Positions 13,376 to 27,159 of a stretch of 64,000 nucleotides of DNA are shown piece after piece. Under the pieces are notes generated by a model, which searched no databases, had not been told where the DNA came from, and saw only the letters and a list, made by a program, of their open reading frames with translations. The DNA is taken from NCBI GenBank assembly GCA_050273025.1, contig CP158635.1, positions 19,530,001 through 19,594,000 of the forward strand, read 5' to 3'. The stretch is from Cenococcum geophilum (Eukaryota). The stretch's first letter is position 1. Each line of letters starts with the position of its first letter. A program made the translations under genes and the position numbers.

Positions 13376-16300
13376 TTATATTAAATTAATATCTACCTAA
13401 GACCCCCTAATTAAATCGTCTATAATATAGGAAAGAACTTTTTATCTATAGAGTTTTAATAATAAATAAAGGCAATGGCAATCGAGGTTAAGGAAGTCCC
13501 TATTAAGGCATATAATAGTATTAAAAAAGTAGAGTAATATTACGCGCCATTACATCGCGTATATAAGATTATTTCTTTAAAACTAGAGGATGCTAGTAAA
13601 GAACTTACCTTATAAATGGCTATTAAAGCTATTAATAATTCCACTGGCCCAGATAGACTTATACCTATATTACTAGTCTTTAGCGCCTACCCTTAAATAA
13701 CTAATAATTTTTTACTATTTCCTTCCATTATATAATAAGCTAAGGCTATTTATAAGGCAATAGAGGAGGTATAACGTCTTTACGCTATACGCTAGGTTAA
13801 CGACGCACTAGGAATAAAAAATGGCCTAAATACCTTAATTATACTTAATCTACTACTCTAGTCTAAGGTACGCGTATAGCGTAAAAAGGGAGGGTAGTTA
13901 GGCCTATATTAACTTATTATAATTAATAGTTAAACTTATACTATTTAGATGCCTTATAGACCCACTTAATTCAATTTAACCGTTATTAAGCCTTATTATA
14001 AAGATAATAGTTTTAAGCCTTTATAGGATGCCCTAGGGGGGACCACAATTAACGTGCTTTAGAAGGTGACTGTAATTCTAATATAATTATAGTAGAGGTT
14101 CCGTAACTATAACGCGGCAGAGGTCGCCTAAAGGGATTATAAAATTGCTAACATCTTATTAATTTTAAAGAGCAATTTATTGCCGCTATTAAGAATAGAG
14201 TTAAGTTATTAATGGCCTTTATAATAGCTAAGGAAAAGGCTAACTTTAAGCTCGTAAAATAGCTCTAAAAAAAGGTTATATTATAACTCTTAGAGCTCCT
14301 TTCTAAGTATCTAATAAGTAGGAGATCGATAGTCTTATTATAAGAGGAGTCTTTAAATTTAAGAAGTATAACCCTATTAAGTTTAATAAAGTTTGCATCT
14401 TTAAGTTAAGAATAGTTAATAAGATTAAAGGCAAAGCTACTAACGCCCTATTTAAGAAATTAAGGCTTATTATCTAAGGTTATAATAATAATAGTAAGAA
14501 GGTAATTCTTACGCAATCTTCTATAATTTAACGAGCTAGTTAGTAAGTTATTATTACGCTAGCTCCCTCCTTAATAAAGAATAGAATAGCGGTTTATTTA
14601 TAAGATATTACTTAAGCCTATACCTAATTAGAGACGTACCTTTAGCGCTTAATATTAGTATACCTTCTGGAGCAAATTCGCTATTAGTATCCTAAAGATA
14701 TAATTATAGTTATGCTTAAGCTATTATATAGAATTATAGAGGCAGGAACTTACTAGTGGGCTACCTATAGCAAGCACTATAAAGAGAAGCTTTTAATAAC
14801 TACTTTTATATTTAATCCCTACTTTCTTATTATAACTATAGGAACTCTATTTAGAATTATTAACATATAAACTAATAATATAATTATCTTAGGAGACGAC
14901 TAGTTCTTAACTTTTAAAGAAGATAAGCTAATAAAGGTAAATCTTATAGCAAAGCTAAAGGAAAAGCTTAATTTAATAATACTATTACTCTTTAATGGAT
15001 ATATCCTCGCCCTAAATAAGGATTCTATTACTTTACGCTAAAAGGGTTAAGGTAAGAAGATTAATATTATTAACGTTAATTCTCTAAAGTAAAAATATAT
15101 AGAGTAATGCGCTTATGGAGCGTATATTACTTCTATCTATTAACCTAAGGCTTTATTTAATCTCTCTATTACTACCTAATACTAGAAACTAACTAAAAAT
15201 AATATTCTTGCCCTAAATAAACGTCTTTCCTAGTAAATAAACCACCTTAATTAGGGACTACTTTACGTACCTATTAATCTTCCTACTGCTAAACTCTTTA
15301 TATTTATTAATAGATCGTTTATAAATAATAAAGGATTTAGCTCCTAGCTAGAATATAAAATTATTATTACAAATAAATCTACTAGAGAGAATAACTTTAT
15401 AATCTATAGTAATCTTATCTACTAGAGCTTAACTAAAAGTAAGCGCGTTACTTAAAGCGTTCTAGCGTTAAAGATATATAAAATAGTTAGCGGAGTTAAT
15501 ATAGCAATTACAATTGGAACTACCCTAAAGATAATTATAGATTGACTTAAACTTCCTACTATCCCTATAATTATATACACTAACTTATATTCCCTTTATA
15601 AGTATTTAGTTAAGCTAGGTACTATAAAGAAGAAGCGCCTTATAATTAATATTATAGTACTTTAGCAATCTTACGAGCGTTAAGAACTCTTTAAGATTTA
15701 ATAGATTAATAGCTATGATAACCTAGTAGATATAATAATAAAGATAAACCCAAATAAGGCACTAGAGATGTTTATTAATATAAATACTCTATATATATAA
15801 GTTAAAGGTTAGGTTAAAAGGGAGTAAAAGTATAATATTCTATAGACCCTAACTTAAACCAGCTAATTAGGATTTTCTATCCCCGAGATGGAAAATTGCT
15901 ATTAGCTCGCTTACTACTAGCGCCTTAGCGGCCCTCCTAATAAAATGTCTACCTACAACTCCTAAGTAAGAAAGCACTACGTGCTAAGAGGCAAATTTTA
16001 GAATAGTAAGTAAAGAGGATTAATATTTATTACTGTAAGCTTTGTAGTGTATAGGAATTAAATAAGTAACTTAATTATAAATCTATGGAAATTAAGTGGT
16101 ATATATACATGAATTGGTGACAAGAAGACTGCGCTTGCAGTCGGCAATAGGCAACGGAAACAAGATATAGGTAGTGAGTTATACGAGGTATGCGAGGGTA
16201 GTGCTGATGCTGCCTTCCAGGCAGCATCCTAGTGTCTCAGCATAGTACCGGTAGTCGGTTACAATTACGCTAGTTAAGCGGTATATATATGTAGATGGCA

Positions 16301-16548
16301 ACCGTAAAAGAAGAATTGCTAGTGTTGGGAATATGATGATGATGATGATGTTTATTCCGCCCGGAGGCACTAAGCCTAAAGGGCACTAGTACTATATTAC
16401 ATATTTTCGCTCCTTTTAGTCTCGCCATATTCTCGTACAAGCCCGTACATATGCCTTACTCAGTACTCCCTAGTGTTACTAATACCTTATTCTGCGAGAT
16501 CTCGTGGGTGGTTAGTAGCAGGTAGTCTTGGGGGGCTGTTCCTCCAAG

Positions 16549-16729
16549 TGTTGGGAATATAGGCAAGTTGCCGTCACGCGGGGCAAGTTGCCGTCACGTG
16601 TCGCCGCGGCATTAGCGTGGCGAGGAGCCCTAAGCTCCTCGCCCTTCCTTAAGCAAGAGGAATAGAGAACAATAATTATTATACTACCTATAACTTATAG
16701 ATACGTGATATTACCTTATGTTACCAATA
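16549..16729 (+). repeat. Copia 3' LTR
   Basis: tgttgggaatat...ttaccaata followed by TSD ataac. Confidence 0.95.
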
Positions 16730-17968
16730 ATAACTAACTAGTAACTATTATTCTTTTATTTAGTAAAGTTATACTATCCCTATTTTCGCTATATAGAGAA
16801 GAAGTTAATATACATTATAATTATGGCTCTATTTAGTTACTAATATTCTTTATATACTAAGTATATACGGGCAAACATGCGATTCTTTTATAATATTTAA
16901 TCCGTTTTTAACGCTAAGTTTATATACCTAGTTATTTTTTATAATCGTTTAGTCTCTTATCTAATTTATTATAGGGTCCCGTATTTAATCTAAGGCCTTT
17001 TACCTTAAGGGTAAACTAGCCTTAGCTCTTACTAAGATATAAAGCTTTAAGATAATAAGAAGCGTATTTATACTAAAGAGCGGCAAGTGTTTAACGCCTA
17101 ACTAGCTACTTATGCTTTATTACTTCGTCTTAAAAAGGGTTATAAAAAGGGTTACTTAAAGGAGTAGAAGCTTACTAAATAAGGTTTAGCTAAGTTTAAG
17201 GCTAAAGAGGCTAAAAAGGATTGTAATTAAGAAGAGGCAGAAATAGCGTATATGTTAGTAGTAGATCCCTCTAGTTTAGTGGTTCCTCTATTGCCTTTAA
17301 CTAATCTTTTTACCTTTAGCTCCTTCTTAATATTGCCTAACTTATTTTTTAAATACTTCTATACCTTTTCTATAGCGTTTTTTAGGTTCTATAGTAGCTT
17401 CTAGGTAGTCTTATTATAGCCTATCTACTTTAACTTATACTATATTTTATTGTTAATGTCTTTATAACTAATAATCTTTAAAACTTACTACTTATTCTCT
17501 TTTTACATTTTATACGTATCTACTTTATAAACTAGTAGTTTTATATTTCTATATACTAGTTCTAGCTTAAATATAACTAGTAAAATCCTTTACGTAATTT
17601 TAAAAGGTTTTAGTCTAATATAATATATTTTTTACTTAGTTATTAACTCTTAAAACTTTAATATAGTAGCTATACTTTATCCCCCTCCTTAAGATCTAGT
17701 CCCTTAAATCTCCTAGCATTATAGTACTTTATTATTCTTTGCTATACTACCTTAGCTATTTTTTAAGGTCTATATAAAGATTTATTAGTATCTCCATTCT
17801 TTACTTATTATAGCAATAATAATATTCTTAGTTTATATCCGTAATTGCCATAAAGGGTAATATTCCTATTCCCTTTTGTAGTATCGTATTATATATAAAC
17901 TATATAATTAGTAATAATAATACCTAATTATTTTGCAGGTAGTTTATATAATACCTTAAGTATTATTC

Positions 17969-20900
17969 TGTAATGGGACTAGCCCAGTTATAGTATAAAT
18001 ATCTTAATAAAACACTTAATAGATAAATTCTGACGCTTTAACTAAATTCTACTAAATTCTACTAGTTTAATTAACTTCTGCTATATTCTGCCAGATTAAT
18101 TAAATTCTGCTAAAGTTTATTAAATCCCGCGTGCGTATATAATAATAATAATTCATTACTTAACGTCCGATTTGGATCCCTATTAGGCCCACGCGGACTA
18201 CTCCTTATATACATATAGGGAGAAAACTCTATTTAAGAAAACCCTATAATCCATCTTCCTGCCTTTTAGGACTCGCCTATAAGGCGCCTACGAGTTACCT
18301 ATAGTGCTTCTACTACCTTACTTTTTAACCTCCTTAGGAACCACTGCTGCCGTAATAAGCCTACGGACGCGCTAGTATTGTAAACTTTACTCTACTACTA
18401 TAGAGTCCTTAGGGGGCGCCCGTTGCTTGCCCCCCCACCTTTTATTACTATTTCCCTTATAACCCAGAATTAGTTTAGTATATTTTAGCTAATAAGCTAC
18501 TAGGTAACTGCCTTAAGGCATTTTTATATTAAGAGTAGTATATTATAGTTCTTTATACTAGCTATTAAGAGTATTACTTTTTAGTTAGTACGTAAGGGGC
18601 ATAATAGTATTACGTATTTTAGTATCTATCTTAGCCAGCTATATTTATATCTTAGGCTATCTACTAGGACACCTACCTAGTAGAGCCAGTCTTTTAGTCC
18701 TATTATTTTTATTCTTAAAAGTATAACTATTATATTTTCTACCTTCGTTAGGCCTTCTTAGAGCCCTAAAGTATTTACACCCTATAGCGTTAACTATGCT
18801 ATAGCTTAGGTTTCTCTAGCCTTAGTTAGCCTCTATACCTTTAACTCCTATATACCTCTCTAGCGTTAGTCCAACCAGTATTATATTACGGTAGATGGTT
18901 TTCTAGCATTCTTTTATACTCTACTTTAGCTCCTTTCTCTCTCTTACTATTATTTTTACTGGCCTCTTATACGTCTCCCTTTCTCCTTTATATGGGCCTA
19001 AGCCCTAAAGCAGTACCATTCTTCTTCTGCTTTCTTTATCTGTTTCTCTAATATATCTTCCCTACTTTAGGGTTATTAGTTTATTCTCCTATAGGGCGCC
19101 CTAAAGTCCCTCTATAGTTTATTTAGGCGTATCTTAATATACTTTATAATATTAGAGTTGCGTTTATTTTACGCCCTTTATATTATAGCGGCTTTAATAT
19201 ATAGTTATAGGGGGGGAATATTAGCTTCCTTCTTAAGTAGTGCTATAGCCGTTCGCTTATATCCGCCTATTATGCTCTAAAGGCAAGCTATTTAAACCTT
19301 TTAGAGTGGTTTAAGGAGCGACTTAGGGGGGCCTTTCTTAGATTCTCTAATGGCCCAAATACTAGACCTATACGTTATGGTTAGCCGGACAACTGCTATA
19401 TATAGTAGGCGTAACCTCTAAAAGTATAGACTCTATATAAAATTAACAATTCTAGATAATATAATATACTATACTTAGCCCTTACGGGCCACTTACGCCG
19501 CATATACGCTCTACTGGAGCTTACTATCTACCTATACTTCTAATACCCTTAGGCCCTAAACTAGTTAACTCCTAAAGCCTTAAATATAAATTATATACTA
19601 AAGATCTGTAGATTAGTTGCGTTTTCTTATAAAATAGATTAGCTAGTATTTCTCTAGTAAGAATTAGACTCTATATCGTCTTGCCTATTTTATATAGGTA
19701 TTATAAGCTTTCTCTAGTATTCTATAATTCTTTACGGCTGTTAGCCCGTATATAATTAAGTTTATATTATTAATAAATCCTATCCCCTAGGTCGCCCCTT
19801 CCTTAAAGGAGTTAAGTAGGTTGCTTATAAAGAAAAGGAAAAGTATAGGCGAGAGGGGTAATCCTTGTGGTATTCCTATTATAACTATAATAGGGGGCTC
19901 TGGTATCCGCTAAAGACTAATAATATTTCTTTCTAACCTATAAACCCTTAAATAAATTGTATAATCCATTCTAAGAAGCCTTTTACCCTAAGGATGTATA
20001 GGAGACGTTTATAGGGTACGTTATTATAGGCGCCACTAATATTTAGGCTAAGTATTAATACTATAAAGTCCCTTCGCATCGCCTATATAGATTTAATGGT
20101 GGCAGCAAGTAGTGTAAGTGCTAATAGTGTTAAGCGGTTCTTTCTTGCCCCTATTTAGCTCTATAGTAATAGGGTGTATTCCTTAGCTATATCTGCTATA
20201 TAGTCCGCTATTACCCTTTCTAAGATCTTACTAAGGGTGTTTTCTAAGGCAATAGGGCGGTAGCTTCCTAGGATTAAGTAATCTGCTTTACCTTCTTTTT
20301 ATAGAATAACCGTCGTTATAGATCTTCTAAGTCGTGGGTAGTAGCCTATAGCAAAGTATACTCTAGCTACATCTGTAAGCTAGGGTGCTATAAGTGGTCT
20401 ATAGGTCTTTAAGGCCTTATTTAAAATCCTATCTAGTCCTAATACTATATTATTTAAAAGGCGGCTAATAGTTCTGGCCATTTCCTCTATTATTATATCG
20501 CTGTTAACCCATAGGCGAGTTACCGGTATTTTACTTATAATATTACTAAGGTCTACTAGGGCCGGTTAGGGGAAGAACCTTTTTATAAGAATCTTTACCT
20601 TCTTATCGTTATTATTAATGGCCTATAATTCCCCTACTCTTTATAGGGGTAGTAGGTATAGATCTTCTACTAGTTACCCTACCTTTTTCTTTACCTATTT
20701 TACTATAGCCTATAGGCCCTTATTATAGGGGAGGCTCGGGTTAGAAGTATACTTATTTATAAATTATCTCTAGTTATTCCTTACTTCTTTTTTTAGGATA
20801 TTCTTTAACTAGTTTCTTATATCTTTATATTATCTCTTATCTTTAGGGTTATAGCTACTTAAGTATTTCCTTTTTACTCGTTGTTAGTTAGCTATAAAAA

Positions 20901-23900
20901 CCGCGTATTATGCGGACTATATATATCGCGTATAGGGGCCTAGTTTTAAGACTAGACAGTATTCTTCTAGCCTATTTTTAATCGCTACCTAGATCCTTTC
21001 TAATCTTTGGTTAATTTCCTTAGGGGTAGCTAATAAGCCTCGCTTATTTGGTATTAGGTGGATTTCTACTAGGTCTTAAAGTTATTATTTAACTATATTA
21101 AGGAAGCTATCTACCTTAAGTATCCTTATTACGTATCTTTTACTATTTAGTTACGCCTTAATATCTAAATCTAGCTATATCTGGATGGGGATATAGTCTA
21201 AAGTAGGTGCCTATTCTTCTTTAGGGTTATACCTTTTAAGTTTCTAATATAGGCCTTTATCTATAAATATAAGGTTAATTATACTTCTAGCGGATCCTTA
21301 TTACTATATAATTGCTTTAGGGGGGGTAGCTAGCTTAAGGCCCTAGGTATTTATAGCTTTTAGTAAGCACTCTACCTATTATTTAGCAGCAACGTAGATA
21401 CCCCCCTACCGCGGGTAGTAGAGGTTTATATCTCCTAATAGGATAGACTCTATGCCTTTAGTTTTAAGTAAGCTTATTACTAATATAATATTCTCTATTT
21501 ATAGAACCCCTTCGACCCTAGGGTTATATATATTAATAATTTATACCGGTCCTCTATATGTCTAGATTGTTATAACTATAATATCTAGATTAACTGCTTG
21601 CTATAACTATAAGGATAGGCTAATAGTCTTACTAATTATAAAGCACACGCGTATAGCTACTTTTAGTTTATATAGGAGCTGAAATCCTTAGGGGCAGTAT
21701 ATTAATTATATATAGGTATTATAGTACGGCTCTTATATAGCAAGGATATAGTATTTCTTTAGGTCTAGACTATCTAGTAAGGGCCTTATAAGATGGTGGT
21801 TTGTATTGCTGCAGTTATACTATATAATAGATAGGTGGCGGACCCCTAGCGAGGGTCCTTTACCTCTCCGTTATTCCTCGCTTCTTCTATTTCTACTTTC
21901 TCTAAAATATTTAGAACTTCTATCTCTTATATTTACACCCTAGTTACTACTTATTTTATATAGAGCTTTTTATTCCTATATCTTATATTCCTACTAGCGC
22001 TTTTATATCTAAATCTATTATTATCTCTAGTCCTTCCCCTATTTTTACTAGTTAGCTATATACCCTTTAAGAGTTAGCTATAAATATTATATTTACCGCG
22101 TTAAGTCTAATTCTTAATTATCCTGGTTTTAAGCTTACTATAGCTATCCATAAGGGTCTTCCTATAAGGCGTCCTCTCCCTTATATCCCCTATAACCCTT
22201 ATATCCCTATACGGTCTAGTAATATTATATAGCGTCGCTTTTAGCCCGTTAAGGCTTGGGATAGCTAGCCTAGCCCCTTAGTATTAAAGGTAGGAAACGC
22301 TAGAAAGGCACCTACGCCCCCTTAGCTTATCGCCTATTATTTCCATTTATATAACCTTATATATAGTTATTCCCGTAGCTGTTAAGCCCTTACCTTTTAT
22401 CTCCTATATTTAATATAGTCTTCTCTCTCCCACGCCTTATATATACTTTAGTGGCAGTTTACGCATTTTATTTAGTCTTAATTTAAGTAGTATCTTATAT
22501 TATAGGGGCCTGTATAGTAGCCGCAGCACACCTATACTGCGTATATAGATTAAGTATATCCCTATTACGCGCAGCAATAGCATTATTTTAGGCGTAGTCT
22601 ATAATTATAGAGCCTTATATTATATATAAGGCTGTTTATAATTATTCCTTTTTAGATAAGAAGTTTTTATATTCCTAGTATATATATACTAATAATAAGG
22701 GAGCTATATATTTGTCTAGTGTCTCCCTAGCAAGGCTCTAGCGACCCTTATATCCTCTTATTATTCTTATTATTTACTTAGTTTGCATTTTCCTATTAAA
22801 GCTATTAGATTTAGGTGATCTTAAGTCCTAGTATAAGGCGTTCCGTTTATCTTACTATCTTCTATATAATTATTATATTGTCTACCTAGTATCCCTTTTT
22901 TACCCTAAGGCTTATAGGAACCGCTAGGACTTTAACTAGGTAATCCTTATAGAGTACTTTTATGCCAATACATTCTCCTAGCCTATCCCCTACCCTTACG
23001 GCTCGTTCCTTTGCCTATTAGTCCTTTAGGGTAACTCTAATATCTCTACTCCTAAGGTGTTAGACTATAATAGCGTTATAAACCTCTCTATAGATTTTTA
23101 TAAGGACTTCTATTTCTAATTATCCCCTAAGCCCCTCTACTTTTTCTATATTTAGTTATATTATAATTATATACCCGGTTATTATCTTAAGGGGATTAAG
23201 TTCCCTATACTATAAAAGCGCAGCTATAGCAGCCTAGGTGCGGTTCGCCAGTATAAAGGGGTTTTATTTATTTTTAATTTTACTTAGCCGTTAAAGGATT
23301 TAATTAAGGGTTTACTATAGGGGCGCCTAAGGTTCGCTAAACTAGCGGAGCTATTCTACTAGCTGCGTTAAATTGTTATAGCTAATAGTTACTCCCCTAT
23401 AATTTTAGGTACTAGACGTATCTAGTAGGCTTTATATTTTATTAGATACCTTTTTAATAAAGGTATTTCCGCTTTATAGTGTGGTATTCGCCTATCTTTA
23501 TTGTGGAGGACCATTGCTAGGCGTGGTACCGGCGGTCGCGCGTAAGTGCAAACTACCGTCGTTCGACGTGTGCCTTCTCTACGATGTATATATCTTAGGG
23601 GGATTCTCTGGGTGTTTTACAGGGTTCTTTTAGTTGGTTTTAGTCTTTTTAGGCCGGGTGCAGCAAGAGCTCCCAATAAGAAAAAGAATTAAACCCTGTA
23701 GCTACTATATAAAAATTTTAAAAGTTAATAACTAAGTAAGAAATTGGACTCTGCCGCGTGCGTATATACGCATATATTAACCACTAAGACCCCAAACTAT
23801 TTAATTATAAAATTCTCTTATTATTCCTTTCTCTTCTTTATATAACGTTTTGTTCTCTATAAGAGCAATACCCCTAGATTTAGATAGAATATATTTTATC

Positions 23901-26442
23901 CCATTAAATCTGCTTTAAAGCCTCTTTTTACCCTTATATTACGTTATATTAATATAACTACTATTAAAATAGCAAACGAATTTAAATCCCCTATATTAAT
24001 TATAAGTATTATAGCCCTAGTTAGGGAGCAGTTAACTATAATATAATAGTCTTTTATAGATGCCTTAGCCTAGTAACAGATTATATTAGAAGCTTAGTAC
24101 TAGTAATTAAAAGAAGCAATTTACGAAGAACTTTATAACATAAAAGCACTCGTATTAGAGACCCTAATACCAACTATAAACGGGATTAAAATAACTATAT
24201 CTAAGCGTAGCCCGTTAAATAAACCTTAAACTAGTAACGGTAGCTTAAGCCGTACCTAAAATAAACGTAGTACCTATTATAAAATCTAAAAGGCTCCCTA
24301 ATCCTCCAATATTTAATAGAAATTAAAATAACCTATATCCCTTTATAACTAAGCTCTGTCTTAAACTTTTAATAAACTATAACTAATACCCTACTAAAGC
24401 TAGTAAGGTTAGCTATAAAACATCTTATTTAAGTAAGAACGCTATATAAACTATAGAGATATTCTTCTATAATAGTACCTTTATTAATTTTAAAATATTT
24501 ATCTCTCTGCTAAAACGAATATATAGCTATTACTAAACTTAAAAACCTATAATAACGGAACCAAGACTTTAATAGTTTCTTTTTGGAATTTTTAAACCTA
24601 GTTAGTAAACTAAATTAGGATAAAGCCGCTAAAGTTACTGCTCTATATTAAGCTATTTTAGATAAAATTCGAGCTTAGTTAGTAAGTAGGGAACTACTAA
24701 AAGACCTACCCAAATTTTCTATAATATATTAATTAATTAATAAAGATCATTAATATAATAAATAGACTCGTTCTCTAAAGCTAACTATATCTTATATTTA
24801 AAACTTTATAAAACTAGTATATACCCTAAAACGTAATCCTTTTCTAAAACTAAAAAGCCTTACGTATAGCCCTATAGACCTTAATACTACTTAATTCTAT
24901 ATACCTCTAAAACTAATAAATAAAAAACTTAAGCCATAAATAGAGAATGCTTTAGATATAGTAAAAAAGGATATATTTAGAGGAATTACCAAACTTACCC
25001 TTTTATAAAGGTCCGCCGTAGTTTCTCCTAGTTCTTAAATTATACCCATTTTATAAATTATACTTAGTTACTATAAAGTATCTTATCTTTAATTAACTTA
25101 AAAAACAAATTAATCTAAAGTTAAGGCGCGCCTTAAAATAAGAAGTAGAAAAACATAAGTGCCTAAGCTCTTTTAGCGTTAATATATAATATAACTTCCT
25201 TAATATACTTAGCAAAATTTAAATACTTAGAAAATAGAAAGAAGTATAAATCCTAATAAAATAGCAAAGCTACTAGTATAGGCTTTATTAATATAAACTA
25301 CGCGAAAACTTAACGCCTAAATTTAAAGAAACTTAATAAGCCTTAAGGCCTATAAGGCTTTAATAGCAAACCCTTAATATATAGCGAACTAACGTAATAT
25401 ACTCTTATAAAAATATAGATAGGTAAATACCTTAGATATATTTCCCTATTTATAATATCTTTAAAGTAATATAAAGTAATATTTAAATATAAATAGCTAA
25501 AATAATACAATCCTTTAATTAGCTAGGTTAAAGAAATATTAAGTTCCGTATAACCTACTACCGAAGTTATTACTTAAAATACTACTTGCCCTATAAATAT
25601 ATATACAACTATTTAAATTTAATATAATATGAGTTGTCCTTACTATAAACCTTAAACCAATATAATAAAGCCACGACTACTAATTATAATAAGGAATGTA
25701 AAGATATTTTTATTAAACCCTTTTAAAATTTGTATAATATAAGCTACACCCTTTATTTTATTAGTAAGAAGATATTAAGAAGGCATTAGAACTAAAATAA
25801 TACGTTAACCCTTAGCCTCTTATACTTAATGAATATTATAATCTAATTAATAAGTTAAAAAAATGATTTATAGACTAATTACCTCCATACTAAGATAAGT
25901 ACGATTTTTTAATATAAAACTTAAGCTTAATATAATACTAAGGTTCGGTCCACTATATGGTATATTATAAGAAGAACTACTTATAATATAATAATACCTT
26001 AATAAGTATCTAGAAAAGGGATTTATTCGCCTAGCTAATCTCTATTTACCTTATCTATGCTATTTATTAAAAAGCTAAAAGGAGGCTTAAGATTATATAT
26101 TAATTATTAAGCCCTAAATATAATTATGATTTAAAACTAATATCTAATTCCCCTACTTTAAAGGACGCTTAACCGCTTAGTAAAGGCACGGTATTTTATA
26201 AAGCTTAATATAGTTGCTGCCTTTAATTAAATTCATATTTATAAAGGAGATAAGAAGTATATAGCTTTTCGTATATTACTTCTTAAAAATTATTTAGCTA
26301 TTAGTAAACTTAATAAGGAAGAATATAAAATTTAAATAAGCTTTTAACGACCTAAAGTATTATTTTATAACAACTCCAATTTTTACCTACTTTAATTCTA
26401 ACCTTAAACACATTATTAAAACAAACTCGTCCTATTATATAC
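17969..26442 (+). mobile_element. Gypsy family D, copy D1: 5' LTR (split by LINE A1), gag, protease, internally deleted RT, start of RNase H
   Basis: Starts tgtaatgggactagccc. Reverse-complement homology to 42600-45235, 50792-51011 and 56561-57021. Zinc knuckle near 24950, KGFIR and GGLR.C.DY near 26020-26110. Confidence 0.85.
18142..23753 (-). mobile_element. Full-length Tad1-like LINE family A, copy A1
   Basis: 15-bp TSD ccgcgtgcgtatata (18127-18141, 23754-23768). (TTA)n tail. Collinear with A2 and A3. Confidence 0.95.
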
Positions 26443-26760
26443 TCCTCTACTTATAAAGGAGTAGATTAAGAAGCCACGGCTAGTCCGTCTAGCCTTATAA
26501 GACTTTTAGAAATAATTACTACCAGGGAGTTATTAAAGCAGTTACTATATAAGACCTTATAAAAAAAAAGTTAGAGATATAATTAAGATAAGTATATTAA
26601 AACTACTAAAAATAATTATAAGGATAAATAGGAGAAGTATAAATACCTTAAATATAAAGTGGACTTAAAGGGGCAACGCTATACTACACTATAGTATTAA
26701 AAAAAACCTAAATTCTATATAAAGGACTCTAATAAGTATAAGGGTAATAGTCTCTAGAAT
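26443..26760 (+). mobile_element. LINE ORF2 C-terminal fragment, heavily RIP-degraded
   Basis: De-RIP reading ...WEKY....W....L.LYEGL resembles the post-RT region of the LINEs in this window. Confidence 0.45.
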
Positions 26761-27159
26761 TATAATCGTCTTATCCGTTAATATAAAAATATATTTTAGC
26801 TGGATCTAAAACGTTACTCTAATAAGTATAATTAGACACTAATTGCTTCTACCCTCCTATATAGTACTATTAAGAGTTTATTAACACGCTATAAGAAGAA
26901 ACTTACTACACCTTTTAAATTTAGCGAATTTAAGTCCTGGTTGGTTAATTAGGTTTAAGACCCTACTAATTAAGGGATAGATTATAACTGTCTAAATATA
27001 GGAGTTGGTGAAAATGCGTCCGAATTTAGAGGGTTTAAGACCGCCGCTTTTGGAAGTGTTTTCACCTCGCTTAGGTCCTCTGTAAGGGTTGCTCCCATTA
27101 CGCTTCCCATTGCCGTTAACGATATTTGACAAGGTAGATGCTTTAGGGATTGTAGCGCT

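Larger units (their letters stand above)
5089..16729 (+). mobile_element. Full-length Ty1/Copia LTR retrotransposon, RIP-inactivated (ORF about 5629-15827)
   Basis: 181-bp LTRs at 5089-5269 and 16549-16729. TSD ATAAC (5084-5088, 16730-16734). Domain order gag-PR (DTGAA)-IN-RT-RNase H, ending ...NPADAMTK...VEGWVERE*. Confidence 0.95.
5050..17350 (+). pseudogene. Gypsy-borne Zn(II)2Cys6-like accessory ORF relic, split by the Copia insertion (pieces 5050-5088 and 16735 to about 17350)
   Basis: Codons from 16781 give Y-x2-Y-x6-Y-x13-Y-x2-Y-x8-Y. TAT/TAC are RIP products of Cys codons TGT/TGC. A charged, coiled-coil-like stretch follows. Confidence 0.65.
4517..17968 (-). mobile_element. Gypsy (chromovirus) family B, copy B2: 3' LTR (4517-4941), PPT, antisense accessory ORF, chromodomain and integrase end. 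Interrupted by Copia and cut by a family D LTR
   Basis: LTR matches the B1 LTR. Adjacent ctatcctctttctcttt is a minus-strand polypurine tract. About 17340-17520 on the minus strand de-RIPs to a chromodomain (EW.VLKI..H......Y.LKW.GYDETTWEPL.NLKNA). Confidence 0.8.
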
